A stretch of DNA of 62,798 bases, the filler included, from Octopus bimaculoides (Eukaryota): assembly GCF_001194135.2 (NCBI RefSeq). It is 4 parts of 4 records of this genome, joined end to end, with 100 filler letters (N's around TTAATTAATTAA, not from the genome) between each part and the next. Parts side by side here need not be neighbours in the genome. Positions count along the whole stretch, not along the records: positions 12,341 to 27,146 come from NC_068985.1; positions 27,247 to 54,638 come from NC_069003.1; 2 more parts are not named here. One strand, given 5' to 3'. Shown piece after piece: positions 23,400-36,050 of the stretch. Position numbers and translations under genes: made by a program. Positions within the stretch are counted from its first letter, which is position 1; every line of letters begins with the position of its first letter. Under the pieces are notes generated by a model that was given only the letters and a program-made list of their open reading frames with translations, had not been told where the DNA came from and did no database searches.

Positions 23400-23720
23400 A
23401 TTTCATCTTTTATCTTTCGCTTGTTTCAGTGGTTTGACTTCAGCCATGTTGGGGTACCGCATTGAAGATATGAGTACTTTTTAAAACTTGATTCTTATAC
23501 TCTCAATGTCCTTTGCCGAACCAACACACACCAGCATTAGTTGTCAAGTGATGGTGGAGCCAAATACAAGGCCACACACACACAAAGACACAAACCTCTT
23601 CAGTTTCCATGTACCAAATAAACTAACAAGGCTTTAGTTGGCTCGAGGCTTCCTGACGAGTCACGCAGTGGGACTGAAATCTAGAACCATGTCATTGGAA
23701 GGCAAACTTCTTGCGACACA
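23400..23720 (-). mobile_element. tRNA-derived SINE family A, diverged
   Basis: Reverse-complement match to the family at 54458/25158 (acgcagtgggactgaa...aaccatgt; tcagtttcc..taccaaat). Confidence 0.7.
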
Positions 23721-24593
23721 GACAAGCCTGCTGCGATTTGGATAGAATTCTCATAAACTAAGTATTATATAATGGAATAAATGCATTTATCATCTTGATT
23801 ATCTTTTATTCACATTTCATTGTTCCTATAGTAGACTAGTCAATATTTTATTAGTTTAATTCGGTACATAGAGAAGTACGTTAATGTTTCTATAGAGATG
23901 TATCTGGTCATAAGAAAGGAACTTCATTCGACGGGAATCAGTATGCGTTTTAAAGAACGTATATATATATGTACGTGCATGTATGTATATATATATATAT
24001 ATATATATNNNNNNNNNNNNNNNNNNNNNNNNNNNNNNNNNNNNNNNNNNNNNNNNNNNNNNNNNNNNNNNNNNNNNNNNNNNNNNNNNNNNNNNNNNNN
24101 NNNNNNNNNNNNNNNNNNNNNNNNNNNNNNNNNNNNNNNNNNNNNNNNNNNNNNNNNNNNNNNNNNNNNNNNNNNNNNNNNNNNNNNNNNNNNNNNNNNN
24201 NNNNNNNNNNNNNNNNNNNNNNNNNNNNNNNNNNNNNNNNNNNNNNNNNNNNNNNNNNNNNNNNNNNNNNNNNNNNNNNNNNNNNNNNNNNNNNNNNNNN
24301 NNNNNNNNNNNNNNNNNNNNNNNNNNNNNNNNNNNNNNNNNNNNNNNNNNNNNNNNNNNNNNNNNNNNNNNNNNNNNNNNNNNNNNNNNNNNNNNNNNNN
24401 NNNNNNNNNNNNNNNNNNNNNNNNNNNNNNNNNNNNNNNNNNNNNNNNNNNNNNNNNNNNNNNNNNNNNNNNNNNNNNNNNNNNNNNNNNNNNNNNNNNN
24501 NNNNNNNNNNNNNNNNNNNNNNNNNNNNNNNNNNNNNNNNNNNNNNNNNNNNNNNNNNNNNNNNNNNNNNNNNNNNNNNNNNNNNNNNNNNNN

Positions 24594-24641
<48 letters not shown>

Positions 24642-25157
24642 AAATGTATATATATATATTAAACAAGTATGGATGTCTTTGTTTACGTATTATTGTGTGT
24701 GTGTTTATATATACATATATATATGTGTGTATGGGTGTGTGTGTGTGTGTGTGTGTGTTTATATATACATAAATACGTGTGTTTGTGTGTGTGTGTGTGT
24801 GTTTTCCTATGTTATTATATTAGTTCTCAAGTATGTATTCATGTTGGTAAATAGTTATTAAGATAATTTTATTATCATTTATATTTAGATACAAAATTAT
24901 CTGTAATACTTGCACGATCGTGTATGTTCATTTGGGCATTACTTGATATTAATATTTATATTTAAAAGCAACAATAATGATAATAATCATCAATTAAAGT
25001 CTCTAAGAGTAAAATTAAAAGACTAAAATATATATGATAAAATAAATAAGGAAGTAGAAATAAAGAATAAGAAATAAACATGAATGAAAATAAAAATAGA
25101 AATAAAAGTGAAGTAGAATTTGTTTATGTGCATGAGCATATATATATATATATATAT

Positions 25158-25358
25158 GGGCGCAGGTGTGGTTGCATGGTGAGGAGCTTGCTTCCCAACT
25201 ACATGCTTCCGGGTACAGTCCCATTGAGTGGCACCTTGAGCAAGTGTATTCTACTGTAACTTCGAGCCGACCAAAGCCTGGCGAGTGGATTTGGTATAAG
25301 AAAACTGGTAGCCTGTCTGATATATATATATATATATATCTATATATATATATATATA
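25158..25358 (+). mobile_element. tRNA-derived SINE family A, 5' half
   Basis: gggcgcaggtgtggttgcatggt...ccgggtacagtccca...ggcaccttgagcaagtg...gtggatttggta then (TA)n and gap. Confidence 0.8.
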
Positions 25359-25850
25359 NNNNNNNNNNNNNNNNNNNNNNNNNNNNNNNNNNNNNNNNNN
25401 NNNNNNNNNNNNNNNNNNNNNNNNNNNNNNNNNNNNNNNNNNNNNNNNNNNNNNNNNNNNNNNNNNNNNNNNNNNNNNNNNNNNNNNNNNNNNNNNNNNN
25501 NNNNNNNNNNNNNNNNNNNNNNNNNNNNNNNNNNNNNNNNNNNNNNNNNNNNNNNNNNNNNNNNNNNNNNNNNNNNNNNNNNNNNNNNNNNNNNNNNNNN
25601 NNNNNNNNNNNNNNNNNNNNNNNNNNNNNNNNNNNNNNNNNNNNNNNNNNNNNNNNNNNNNNNNNNNNNNNNNNNNNNNNNNNNNNNNNNNNNNNNNNNN
25701 NNNNNNNNNNNNNNNNNNNNNNNNNNNNNNNNNNNNNNNNNNNNNNNNNNNNNNNNNNNNNNNNNNNNNNNNNNNNNNNNNNNNNNNNNNNNNNNNNNNN
25801 NNNNNNNNNNNNNNNNNNNNNNNNNNNNNNNNNNNNNNNNNNNNNNNNNN

Positions 25851-26193
25851 NAGTCGAGCAAATCGACCCCAGTATTTATTCTTTGGAAGCCTAGTACTTA
25901 TTCTATCGGTCTCTGTGCCGAACCGCTAAATTACGGGGACGTAAACACACCAGCATCGGTTGTCAAGCGATGTTGGGGGGGACAAACACAGACACACAAA
26001 CACACACATACACATATATATATATACACACATATATGCGACGGGCTTCTTTCAGTTTCCGTCTACCAAATCCACTCACAAGGCTTTGGTTGGCCCGAGG
26101 CTATAGTAGAAGACACCTGCCCAAGGTGCCACGCAGTGGAACTGAACCCGGAACCATGTGGTTGGTAAGCAAGCTACTTACAACACAGCCACT
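25851..26193 (-). mobile_element. tRNA-derived SINE family A, near full length
   Basis: Reverse complement gives head gtggctgtgttgtaagtagcttgcttaccaaccacatggttccgggttcagttccactgcgtggcaccttgggcagg, a central microsatellite and a 3' body ending gatttgctcgact. Confidence 0.85.
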
Positions 26194-27036
26194 CGTACAT
26201 ATTTACATATGTGATTACTGAAGTTATTTCTATGCTTACGTTGTCTTAAACAATTGCTTGCCGTCCTTCGCTTCTGAGCACTCTACCAAATTCTAGGGAA
26301 CATTTCTTTTCTACATTCACTATTACTCTTTCCATCTCGTTCAAAGTCTCTGTAATTCTTTCATGTGATGTTCGTCTAACATCCGAAACATTACAAAGCT
26401 TTCTCATTCCATTAAAACTTTAATCTATAACGTTATTTGTTAAACACCGTTCTTCATGTATTTAAGATTCAATAAAGTGCATTGTATTTGCGCTAAATAT
26501 ATATCTATATCTATCTATCGCAGTCTGTTTCTGTGTGTTTGTGTGTGAGTGTGAGAGACAGAGAAAGAGTGAGTGTGTGTTAAATGTGCGTATGTATGTG
26601 TGAGTGCATATGCGCTGTATGTATGGTTATACACATGAATGCATATGTTAATGTATACACACACGTACACACACATAAAGTAATAAGCAAATAAGCTAGT
26701 TCTAAAATCTCTTTAAGAGATAAATGCAGTAGCTGTACGCCGTCACTTCAACATGCCTGTTCCTATCGAACGGGCGTTACTGCTATTTTTTAACCCCAAG
26801 AGTACATTTCTTCTGGCTGGCTAACGATGCACTATATTTGACAAGATTAACGTCAAAATTACAAGTAAAATTCGTCGAACGGGCTTTCAAACATTCTCGA
26901 TCTATTCAACTTCACGCGTAAAACACGGGCTGACCAGAGTCTATAAAAAATGGCACTTGCCAAATTTAATAAATAACGAAACCGAAACTTCTTGATTTCC
27001 AATCAAATATTTTAACTATAGTGCCAATGTCGACTA

Positions 27037-27081
<45 letters not shown>

Positions 27082-27146
27082 CTCTATCTATCTATCTATC
27101 TATTTATCTATCTAGGGACGAATGGCGAGCGAGAACGCAGGGTGGA

Positions 27147-27246
27147 NNNNNNNNNNNNNNNNNNNNNNNNNNNNNNNNNNNNNNNNNNNNTTAATTAATT
27201 AANNNNNNNNNNNNNNNNNNNNNNNNNNNNNNNNNNNNNNNNNNNN
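27147..27246. other. 100-bp placeholder gap (44 N + TTAATTAATTAA + 44 N)
   Basis: Same construction as 12241-12340. Confidence 0.9.
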
Positions 27247-29097
27247 TTATTATTATTATTATAGATGTTTTCGATCTAGTTTGGATTTTTTCCCCATCAA
27301 ATTTGATTTCTTTGCAATCAAATTTGAATTTTTCAAAGGGACTTTGTAAGACAAGCTAAAACGCAGAAAACGGTCAACAGGCTTGCGCTGAAGTGTTGCA
27401 AACGGTAGAAAGTAGGAGTCTTCATCCTCGAAAGAATATTCAATGACCACAAATCGATTCGAAGCTAGTTTCTCGAAATTGGTGCTCAAGCCTTGAAAAA
27501 AAAAGAGTTAAACTACATCAGCCGTAAGGGAATACATGTCTATCTTATCTAACTCGTCCAGTAGCTCCCACTGTCACTCAAACTTCGATCTAACCCCGAG
27601 CTTGGGACGACAAACTCGAGTTGGATAAACTCGAATAGTTAGCTCTTTGCTCTTTATAACCGTTTTATAAAGTTACTTTTTTTGTTAAAAAATTATTCAA
27701 TTTGCATCTCCTCAAAGCGAACGAACTGTTTCCTTTAAGGTCACTCTTGGGTAAAGTTTGAATAGAAAGCTCGAATAGCATAGTTCTCGAATGAAAACTC
27801 TGCAGCTATCAAGAACTTATGAGCATTACTTTTGCATAATACTATAACTAATAGCAATTCACCATACTAAGAAAATAAAGGAAAAAATGAGCTCATACTA
27901 ATCCTGATATAACATCCTGCCTGAATGCGTCCACGTGTCATCTAAGACACGTGCATGCCATGTACAATAGACAGTCTAGTTAAAAGACATACCACGGGGG
28001 GAGGGAGGATGTGGCATAAACCCACGTTTTAAAGCAATTTTATGCAATTTTGGGGGAGGGGTGAAATTACAACTCATGATTAAAAGTTATGATCAACAAT
28101 TGTTGATTCAAATCAGACCAGGTTTATTAGCTATCCTGAGATAAGGGTTTTAAAATTTTCCCAACTGATATTTCTCGCAAAAAAGTTGCAGTTTGTAAAA
28201 ATGTACAAATTATCTTGAATGAACTGTTCAAACATACGCAAAAAAATCGAAAAAGAATCATTCGTTTATGATCTCCGCTTGTTCAGACCGGTCGACGCAA
28301 CGGAGCATCTTTTGGTAGGAGCTATTGCAGTGATCATGAGTTATTTCATCGAACTTTTCAGATATCGATTGGTAAAGCTCCGGCTCGTTCTTTGCCTCAC
28401 CTTGGATANNNNNNNNNNNNNNNNNNNNNNNNNNNNNNNNNNNNNNNNNNNNNNNNNNNNNNNNNNNNNNNNNNNNNNNNNNNNNNNNNNNNNNNNNNNN
28501 NNNNNNNNNNNNNNNNNNNNNNNNNNNNNNNNNNNNNNNNNNNNNNNNNNNNNNNNNNNNNNNNNNNNNNNNNNNNNNNNNNNNNNNNNNNNNNNNNNNN
28601 NNNNNNNNNNNNNNNNNNNNNNNNNNNNNNNNNNNNNNNNNNNNNNNNNNNNNNNNNNNNNNNNNNNNNNNNNNNNNNNNNNNNNNNNNNNNNNNNNNNN
28701 NNNNNNNNNNNNNNNNNNNNNNNNNNNNNNNNNNNNNNNNNNNNNNNNNNNNNNNNNNNNNNNNNNNNNNNNNNNNNNNNNNNNNNNNNNNNNNNNNNNN
28801 NNNNNNNNNNNNNNNNNNNNNNNNNNNNNNNNNNNNNNNNNNNNNNNNNNNNNNNNNNNNNNNNNNNNNNNNNNNNNNNNNNNNNNNNNNNNNNNNNNNN
28901 NNNNNNNNNNNNNNNNNNNNNNNNNNNNNNNNNNNNNNNNNNNNNNNNNNNNNNNNNNNNNNNNNNNNNNNNNNNNNNNNNNNNNNNNNNNNNNNNNNNN
29001 NNNNNNNNNNNNNNNNNNNNNNNNNNNNNNNNNNNNNNNNNNNNNNNNNNNNNNNNNNNNNNNNNNNNNNNNNNNNNNNNNNNNNNNNNNNNNNNNN

Positions 29098-29985
29098 NAA
29101 AGAAGTGCTAAAAGAGAAAAAGGAGAAAACTATAATTTATAGTACATACTCGGTAGCAGACAGGAAGATTGAAGTCATATCAACGGCCCAAGTGGAAAAG
29201 GCATTTAAACCAATCTGGCAGGAAATTACCTACCTCATCAAAGGTAGAAAATTTGGAACAGTGGAGGTGCGATTTCGGGAGGTAGCTACTGCCAGGCTGC
29301 GCTCAGTAACACCGCTAAGAACTGATGAAGTGGCTCGTCTACTCGTATACCTTGGGAGGTAGAAGTCATACCCCCAAAAGTGGATGTAGCCTGGCTGGTA
29401 GCTGCCACACTACTTGGCATGGAGGAGAAGGTGGTGGTCCTCCAGGCCAGTAGAATACCCAACAGGACGCAAGGACAAAGCCTCGATATGGTGGTAGAAG
29501 TTGCAGTGGAAGAAACCAAAAATATGGTAGAGACAATCACAGTCGGAGACGCAACACTGAAAGTCAGAGTGGAAGGGAGGATTCCGCGATGTTATAAATG
29601 TGACCTAAAAGGCTACATTAGAGCGGATTGTTCTCCACCACCTGTGAAGGCTAAGGAGAGACAAGAGAATGAGAAAGTGGTTGGTGCTCCACTATCCGTG
29701 GAGGTGGAGGTTGAGGAAAAGGAGAGTGAAGCAGATAACGACCAGTACCAGCGTCGAAGAAGAGATGGACAATGATTGGGAAACAGCTGGGAAAAAGAGA
29801 AGAAAGAGAAAAAAGGTACACGCTGTAAAGGACGACCCCCATCCCACACCCACTCTAACCCAACAACTCCCTACAGACACCAGCTCTCTTCGTGCCCTAC
29901 CTGACATAAACACAAGCACAAACACACAGGAGCCCCAAATTTTCCCACCCTCACCCTTGTGTTATAATGTACAGTGGAGACAATG
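29098..29985 (+). mobile_element. Tx1/L1-like LINE ORF1 remnant with zinc knuckle
   Basis: RKFGTVEVRF (RRM-like), then after a stop and small disruption CYKCDLKGYIRADC (CCHC knuckle with H>Y), then basic/acidic tail WETAGKKRRKRKK. Confidence 0.75.
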
Positions 29986-30957
29986 AAGAAGTGTATAACG
30001 AAATAGACTCGTGGACAGTGCTGAGTCAAGTAAATGGACACCAGCTCAATGATAATTAGTTGTCGCTAATAATTGTGTTATAAACTAGTGTTATAAAAAA
30101 AACGTTGTATTGTCAATGAAGTCGCTCGGAGGTGGAGCCGAACGGCTTCATTTCATCTTTCATTATATTAATTCAGTTTTTCCATTCGTTTTTTTTNNNN
30201 NNNNNNNNNNNNNNNNNNNNNNNNNNNNNNNNNNNNNNNNNNNNNNNNNNNNNNNNNNNNNNNNNNNNNNNNNNNNNNNNNNNNNNNNNNNNNNNNNNNN
30301 NNNNNNNNNNNNNNNNNNNNNNNNNNNNNNNNNNNNNNNNNNNNNNNNNNNNNNNNNNNNNNNNNNNNNNNNNNNNNNNNNNNNNNNNNNNNNNNNNNNN
30401 NNNNNNNNNNNNNNNNNNNNNNNNNNNNNNNNNNNNNNNNNNNNNNNNNNNNNNNNNNNNNNNNNNNNNNNNNNNNNNNNNNNNNNNNNNNNNNNNNNNN
30501 NNNNNNNNNNNNNNNNNNNNNNNNNNNNNNNNNNNNNNNNNNNNNNNNNNNNNNNNNNNNNNNNNNNNNNNNNNNNNNNNNNNNNNNNNNNNNNNNNNNN
30601 NNNNNNNNNNNNNNNNNNNNNNNNNNNNNNNNNNNNNNNNNNNNNNNNNNNNNNNNNNNNNNNNNNNNNNNNNNNNNNNNNNNNNNNNNNNNNNNNNNNN
30701 NNNNNNNNNNNNNNNNNNNNNNNNNNNNNNNNNNNNNNNNNNNNNNNNNNNNNNNNNNNNNNNNNNNNNNNNNNNNNNNNNNNNNNNNNNNNNNNNNNNN
30801 NNNNNNNNNNNNNNNNNNNNNNNNNNNNNNNNNNNNNNNNNNNNNNNNNNNNNNNNNNNNNNNNNNNNNNNNNNNNNNNNNNNNNNNNNNNNNNNNNNNN
30901 NNNNNNNNNNNNNNNNNNNNNNNNNNNNNNNNNNNNNNNNNNNNNNNNNNNNNNNNN

Positions 30958-31853
30958 ACGTTCTGGTTGACTGAAGTTGATGATGACCGAAATTGAATCT
31001 GAGTGTCATATAACTGTGCGGGAGATTGCAGAGAGGTTAAATGTATCACGCACAACTGAAAATCACTTAAAATGTCTTGGACTCGTTAAGAAGATTTTAT
31101 ATTTGGGTTCCATATAAATTGAAAGAGATTCACTTAACACAACGAATCAATAATTTCGATATGCATTTCAGACGCAATGAAATCGACCTTTTTTTTAAAC
31201 GAATCATCACTGGTGATGAAAAATGGATTGTCTACAATAACACCAATTGAAAATAATCATGGTCCAAGTGTAATGAACCAACACAAATCACATCGCGAGC
31301 TGAATTGCATCAAAAAAAGGGTTATGCTGTCAATTTGGTGGGATTACTAAGGTGTGGTGTATTTTGAGCTGCTTTCCAAGGAACCAAACGATCAATCAAC
31401 AACTAATGAAACTGGAGGAAGCAATCATAGAAAAACGACCACAATCAGCAAATCATAAAGGAATTGTGTTCCACCATGATGACAACGCTAGACTACACAT
31501 GTCTTTGCTAACTCTTAAAAAATTATTGGAGCTTGGTTGGAAAGTGATGTCACATCCACCATATAGCCCTGACCTTGCACCATCAGATTACCATTTATTT
31601 CGAAGTTTGCAAAATTCTTTGAATGGTAAAGCTTTCAATAATGATGATGACCTGACATCGCACTTACTTCAGTTTTTGGTTGATAAGGACCAGAAGTTCT
31701 ATAAGCGCGGAATCATAAAGTGGCCAGAAAGATGGCAAAAAGTCATCGAACAAGATGGAAAATATATAATTGAGAAAAGTTCATTCTTTGTATGAAAAAA
31801 AATTACTTTTACTTCACACTAAAAAAACCGAAATTACTTTTTGTCAATTCTAT
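30958..31853 (+). mobile_element. Mariner transposase pseudogene (Hsmar1/cecropia-like) with 3' TIR
   Basis: Frameshifted RIITGDEKWIVYNN, WVP-like, FHHDDNARLH, HPPYSPDLAPSDYHLFRSLQN. The 3' end aaaaccgaaattactttttgtcaattcta|TA resembles the Hsmar1-type TIR. 5' end lost in the gap. Confidence 0.9.
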
Positions 31854-33457
31854 ATATGTATATATATATATATATAATACAAAGTAGAGGAAAATGAAAA
31901 CGCAAATCCTAGGCAGTCAACCAAATTCCCGAACGCATAAATGAAGGTATTCAAGTTTAAAATAAGGTATTAAAGTTTAAAATAAGTTGAACCAAAACGA
32001 AATTAAAATTAAAATTATAAAATGATAAAATTAAAATACAAAATACTTTATTTAACGTGATGCATAAATCAGTGGGGTTTTTTTTTTACCCTTGTAAGCC
32101 TAACTAGATGTGTTCGATAAGGCAAGATACACACAACAATAAAACAATGCAACAAAAATCATTTCCAGCATTAAAAAGAGAGAGCATAAATAAATGATTA
32201 GTAATAATAATGAGAATTTTGGGTATCTTTAAAGATACATGAACAATGAACGCATGTTGGATTTTCTTTTGTGGGCAATTATAATTAAAAGATTCAGTAG
32301 ACAAAAGGTCATAGATAAACTTCAGTGTAGTTGGCAGAGGAATACATTTAAAAGTATCGGGGAGTTAGATAGTTTCTAGATAGTCGAAAGCTTTTTGGGA
32401 GGGTCTGTATGTTGGTGAAATAAAATGTTGGTGAAATAAAAGTTATACAAAGTGATATGCGATAGATGTAGATAAATTTAAGCGAATTTTGTAAATCCAA
32501 AGACCAATTTTTGCTATCCGTATGGAATTTTTTGGTTACTCATCCTATTCTTGGAAGCGCGTCTACTGTAGTTCATGAGTTCTGACCACTGATTTAAGGC
32601 GTTTTTCTCCTGGAAAAGGTGAAGAATTTCTCACTCAAACATAAACTGCACCTCATAGAACACCTGTGCGCTCCGTGTCTATATGGGGCTGTTTTTTTTT
32701 GTTTTTTTCTAGAACGGACCAGTGAATTTTGAAAGAGCATTCTCTTTCGTTTAACTGTTATATATATTTAGCCAAGACACTTTACAGTTCTATTCTCCGA
32801 ATATATGACGGAATTTCTATGAGAATATAGTCTGATTTTGAAGGAATTTTCCGTAGTACCTGTATATGTTTTATATGCACCTGTATTGTCCATCTGAACA
32901 TTGAGGTGATACTTACTGTATACCTAATTTTGCACCCGACTGTGTATATATATATGTGTGTGTGTATGTTTGTGTGTGTTTATGTGTGTGTGTGTGTTTA
33001 TGCATGTATTTTGCCCATAGATTTATATGTTTGTGTGTGTATATGTACCATTAACTCGTTATTTAATTTTTTAACCTAGGAACTTCCTCAATCCATGGTT
33101 TTTAAATTTATAAAAACAAACTTACGCCACTATTGATTAATTATTATTAATTGATATCTTCTGGACATGCATTACTCCCTTCTTCACTCAAGGTTTTTTT
33201 CGATATTATATAATGCGATAACCCACCCAACCGTTAGCGAATACAGTTTTGAAAATAAGTTACCCAATCAAATTCAAATGCTTATTCGTCAAATTGGATT
33301 ATATCAAATCATATATTTTTTGTTGAAATTATCGATCATATATTGCATGCACCATCACAATTTTATTCCAGACTTGATTACAACTGTCCGACGAACAGGA
33401 ACGTGAAACTTCGAGTAACAGCATTTTGTAATGTTTTTGAAGCTTTAATAAAAAAAA

Positions 33458-33539
<82 letters not shown>

Positions 33540-33659
33540 CACACACACACACACAACCGGTGTTGATGTGTTTACGTCCCCGTAACTTAGCAGTTCTGCA
33601 ATAAATTAAGTATTATAACATTGATGTGATACTTTCTGTATACCTAATTTTGCACCCCC

Positions 33660-34080
33660 ACTGCTTAGCGGCATATCGTCTGTCTTTACATTGAGGTCGA
33701 CTTTGCCTTTCATCCTTTCGATGTAAACGACTAGTCCCCTACCCCAAAATTTCGAGCCTTGTGTCTTTAGTAGAAATCCTTTTTTTTCTTCTTTTTTTAA
33801 GGCAGGGAGCTGGCAGAATCGTTATCACGCCGGGCAAAATACTAAAAGGACTGGGTCGATATAATCGACTTACCGCTATCCCCGAAATTGCTAACCTTGT
33901 GCCAAAATTTAAAGTCATTATTATTATCATGATTAAAAAGCGGCAAGGTGGCAGAATCGTTAGCACGCGAGACAAAATGCACACCAGCGTTTCTTCTGCC
34001 TTTACGTTCCGAGTTCAAATGCTGCCGAGAGCGACTTACCCCTTCATCCTTTTGGGGGTTCATAAAATAAGTATAAGTTG
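33660..34080 (+). mobile_element. SINE family B, tandem diverged copies
   Basis: gagctggcagaatcgttatcacgccgggcaaaat (33808) and gtggcagaatcgttagcacgcgagac...gagttcaaat (33948-34080); fragment gaggtcgactttgcctttcatcctttcg at ~33694. Confidence 0.75.
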
Positions 34081-35382
34081 AACGTTAGGGAATGTGGGTG
34101 TCGATGTAAAAAGGATTATTATCAATACACCAGAGAAGTTATTAACTAAAAAGAATCAAAGCTTCCCATGGGAAAATATTCATTATTACAAAATGGTGAG
34201 AATAAGCAGCGCTTTTTGATAATTTTTATATTTTCCAACATCACCATCACATTCCAAAGTTACTTCCCTTGCCTAATTCTACAATAGATACAAATTCAAG
34301 GGAGGTAATTCGTAATAGCAACACGTTACTGTAAAAAAAATTATATGTACACATACATACGAAATAACAAAATAACGACAAAATCTGAGCTGTAAAGGGA
34401 AATAAAACAGTGGATATAATCATACATTGATACAACGACGATAATTGTTCTGGATCAGGGCGGACTTCGAGACACATATACATGTATACACATCATATAA
34501 ATATGTGTGTGTATGCATACATATATATATATTCTCAAACTATGAAACCATCTTTTAAACAGAGCACGCTTCCAAAAACCCATTCCTGAAAATAAGAAAA
34601 CCAAAACAAAACTCAAACACTGATCCACACCTATCTAAAAAACAGAACGATCACCCTTACACCCCTACCAAAAAAAGAATACAGGAACCAACCCTAACTT
34701 TGTAAACCACCAGCGATACAACATCGGGAGTACCCCAACTTCAAACAGAGAAAGGAAAAACCACTACCCGCAGGATAGACATTGCAACTCNNNNNNNNNN
34801 NNNNNNNNNNNNNNNNNNNNNNNNNNNCCCCCCATAAGATGTTACCAACCATGCACAATAAACCCGCACCACACGCAATAATTTCCACCGACGGCCCATT
34901 AAAACACCACATCCGAAACATGGGATATCGGGACACACTTTTCAATACCGTTCCGAAAACCCGCACCATAAATCATAACACAACACCCCGTGACAATAGG
35001 GAACAACTACATAACAGCTACCATCCCAACTACCGCAATCATTTTTTAGACCGAGTACACAAACATAGAGACACGAGATAACACAGAAGGAACCAAAAGT
35101 GATAAAAAACTATCAATCCAACTCACAAAGAACTAACAGCAAGCCAAATCAGTATACTCTCCAAAGGGCTCGAGTTTGCACCCACCCCACAAAGCTCCAA
35201 CTACAACGAAATGAAAGAAGAGATCACGGAATTCTGTAGAAAATTACGACTCGCTGAGGAGCTATACGACAAATACAATGAGGACGAATCGTTGGTTCGT
35301 AATAGAAGTAACTACACCCGTTCAAAAGGTAAGAAGAAAGCTCTTGATCATTTCTGTGAATGCATCTCGAATTACCCATACC

Positions 35383-36050
35383 AACAAAAGCACAAACAAA
35401 AGCACAAACAAAAGCACAAACAAAAGCACAAACAAAAGCACAAACAAAAGCACAAACAAAAGCACAAACAANNNNNNNNNNNNNNNNNNNNNNNNNNNNN
35501 NNNNNNNNNNNNNNNNNNNNNNNNNNNNNNNNNNNNNNNNNNNNNNNNNNNNNNNNNNNNNNNNNNNNNNNNNNNNNNNNNNNNNNNNNNNNNNNNNNNN
35601 NNNNNNNNNNNNNNNNNNNNNNNNNNNNNNNNNNNNNNNNNNNNNNNNNNNNNNNNNNNNNNNNNNNNNNNNNNNNNNNNNNNNNNNNNNNNNNNNNNNN
35701 NNNNNNNNNNNNNNNNNNNNNNNNNNNNNNNNNNNNNNNNNNNNNNNNNNNNNNNNNNNNNNNNNNNNNNNNNNNNNNNNNNNNNNNNNNNNNNNNNNNN
35801 NNNNNNNNNNNNNNNNNNNNNNNNNNNNNNNNNNNNNNNNNNNNNNNNNNNNNNNNNNNNNNNNNNNNNNNNNNNNNNNNNNNNNNNNNNNNNNNNNNNN
35901 NNNNNNNNNNNNNNNNNNNNNNNNNNNNNNNNNNNNNNNNNNNNNNNNNNNNNNNNNNNNNNNNNNNNNNNNNNNNNNNNNNNNNNNNNNNNNNNNNNNN
36001 NNNNNNNNNNNNNNNNNNAACAAAAGCACAAACAAAAACACAAACAAAAC
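35383..36050 (+). repeat. 12-bp coding minisatellite (AACAAAAGCACA)n = (QKHK)n inside PLE ORF
   Basis: About 7 units before the gap and about 2.5 units after it; gap 35472-36018. Confidence 0.9.

Noticed and set aside
32899-33663. Two similar 45-bp segments ending ttttgcaccc..ctg (Tc1-like TIR)
   Set aside because: Both are in the same orientation, with no opposing TIR or transposase found; cannot define an element.
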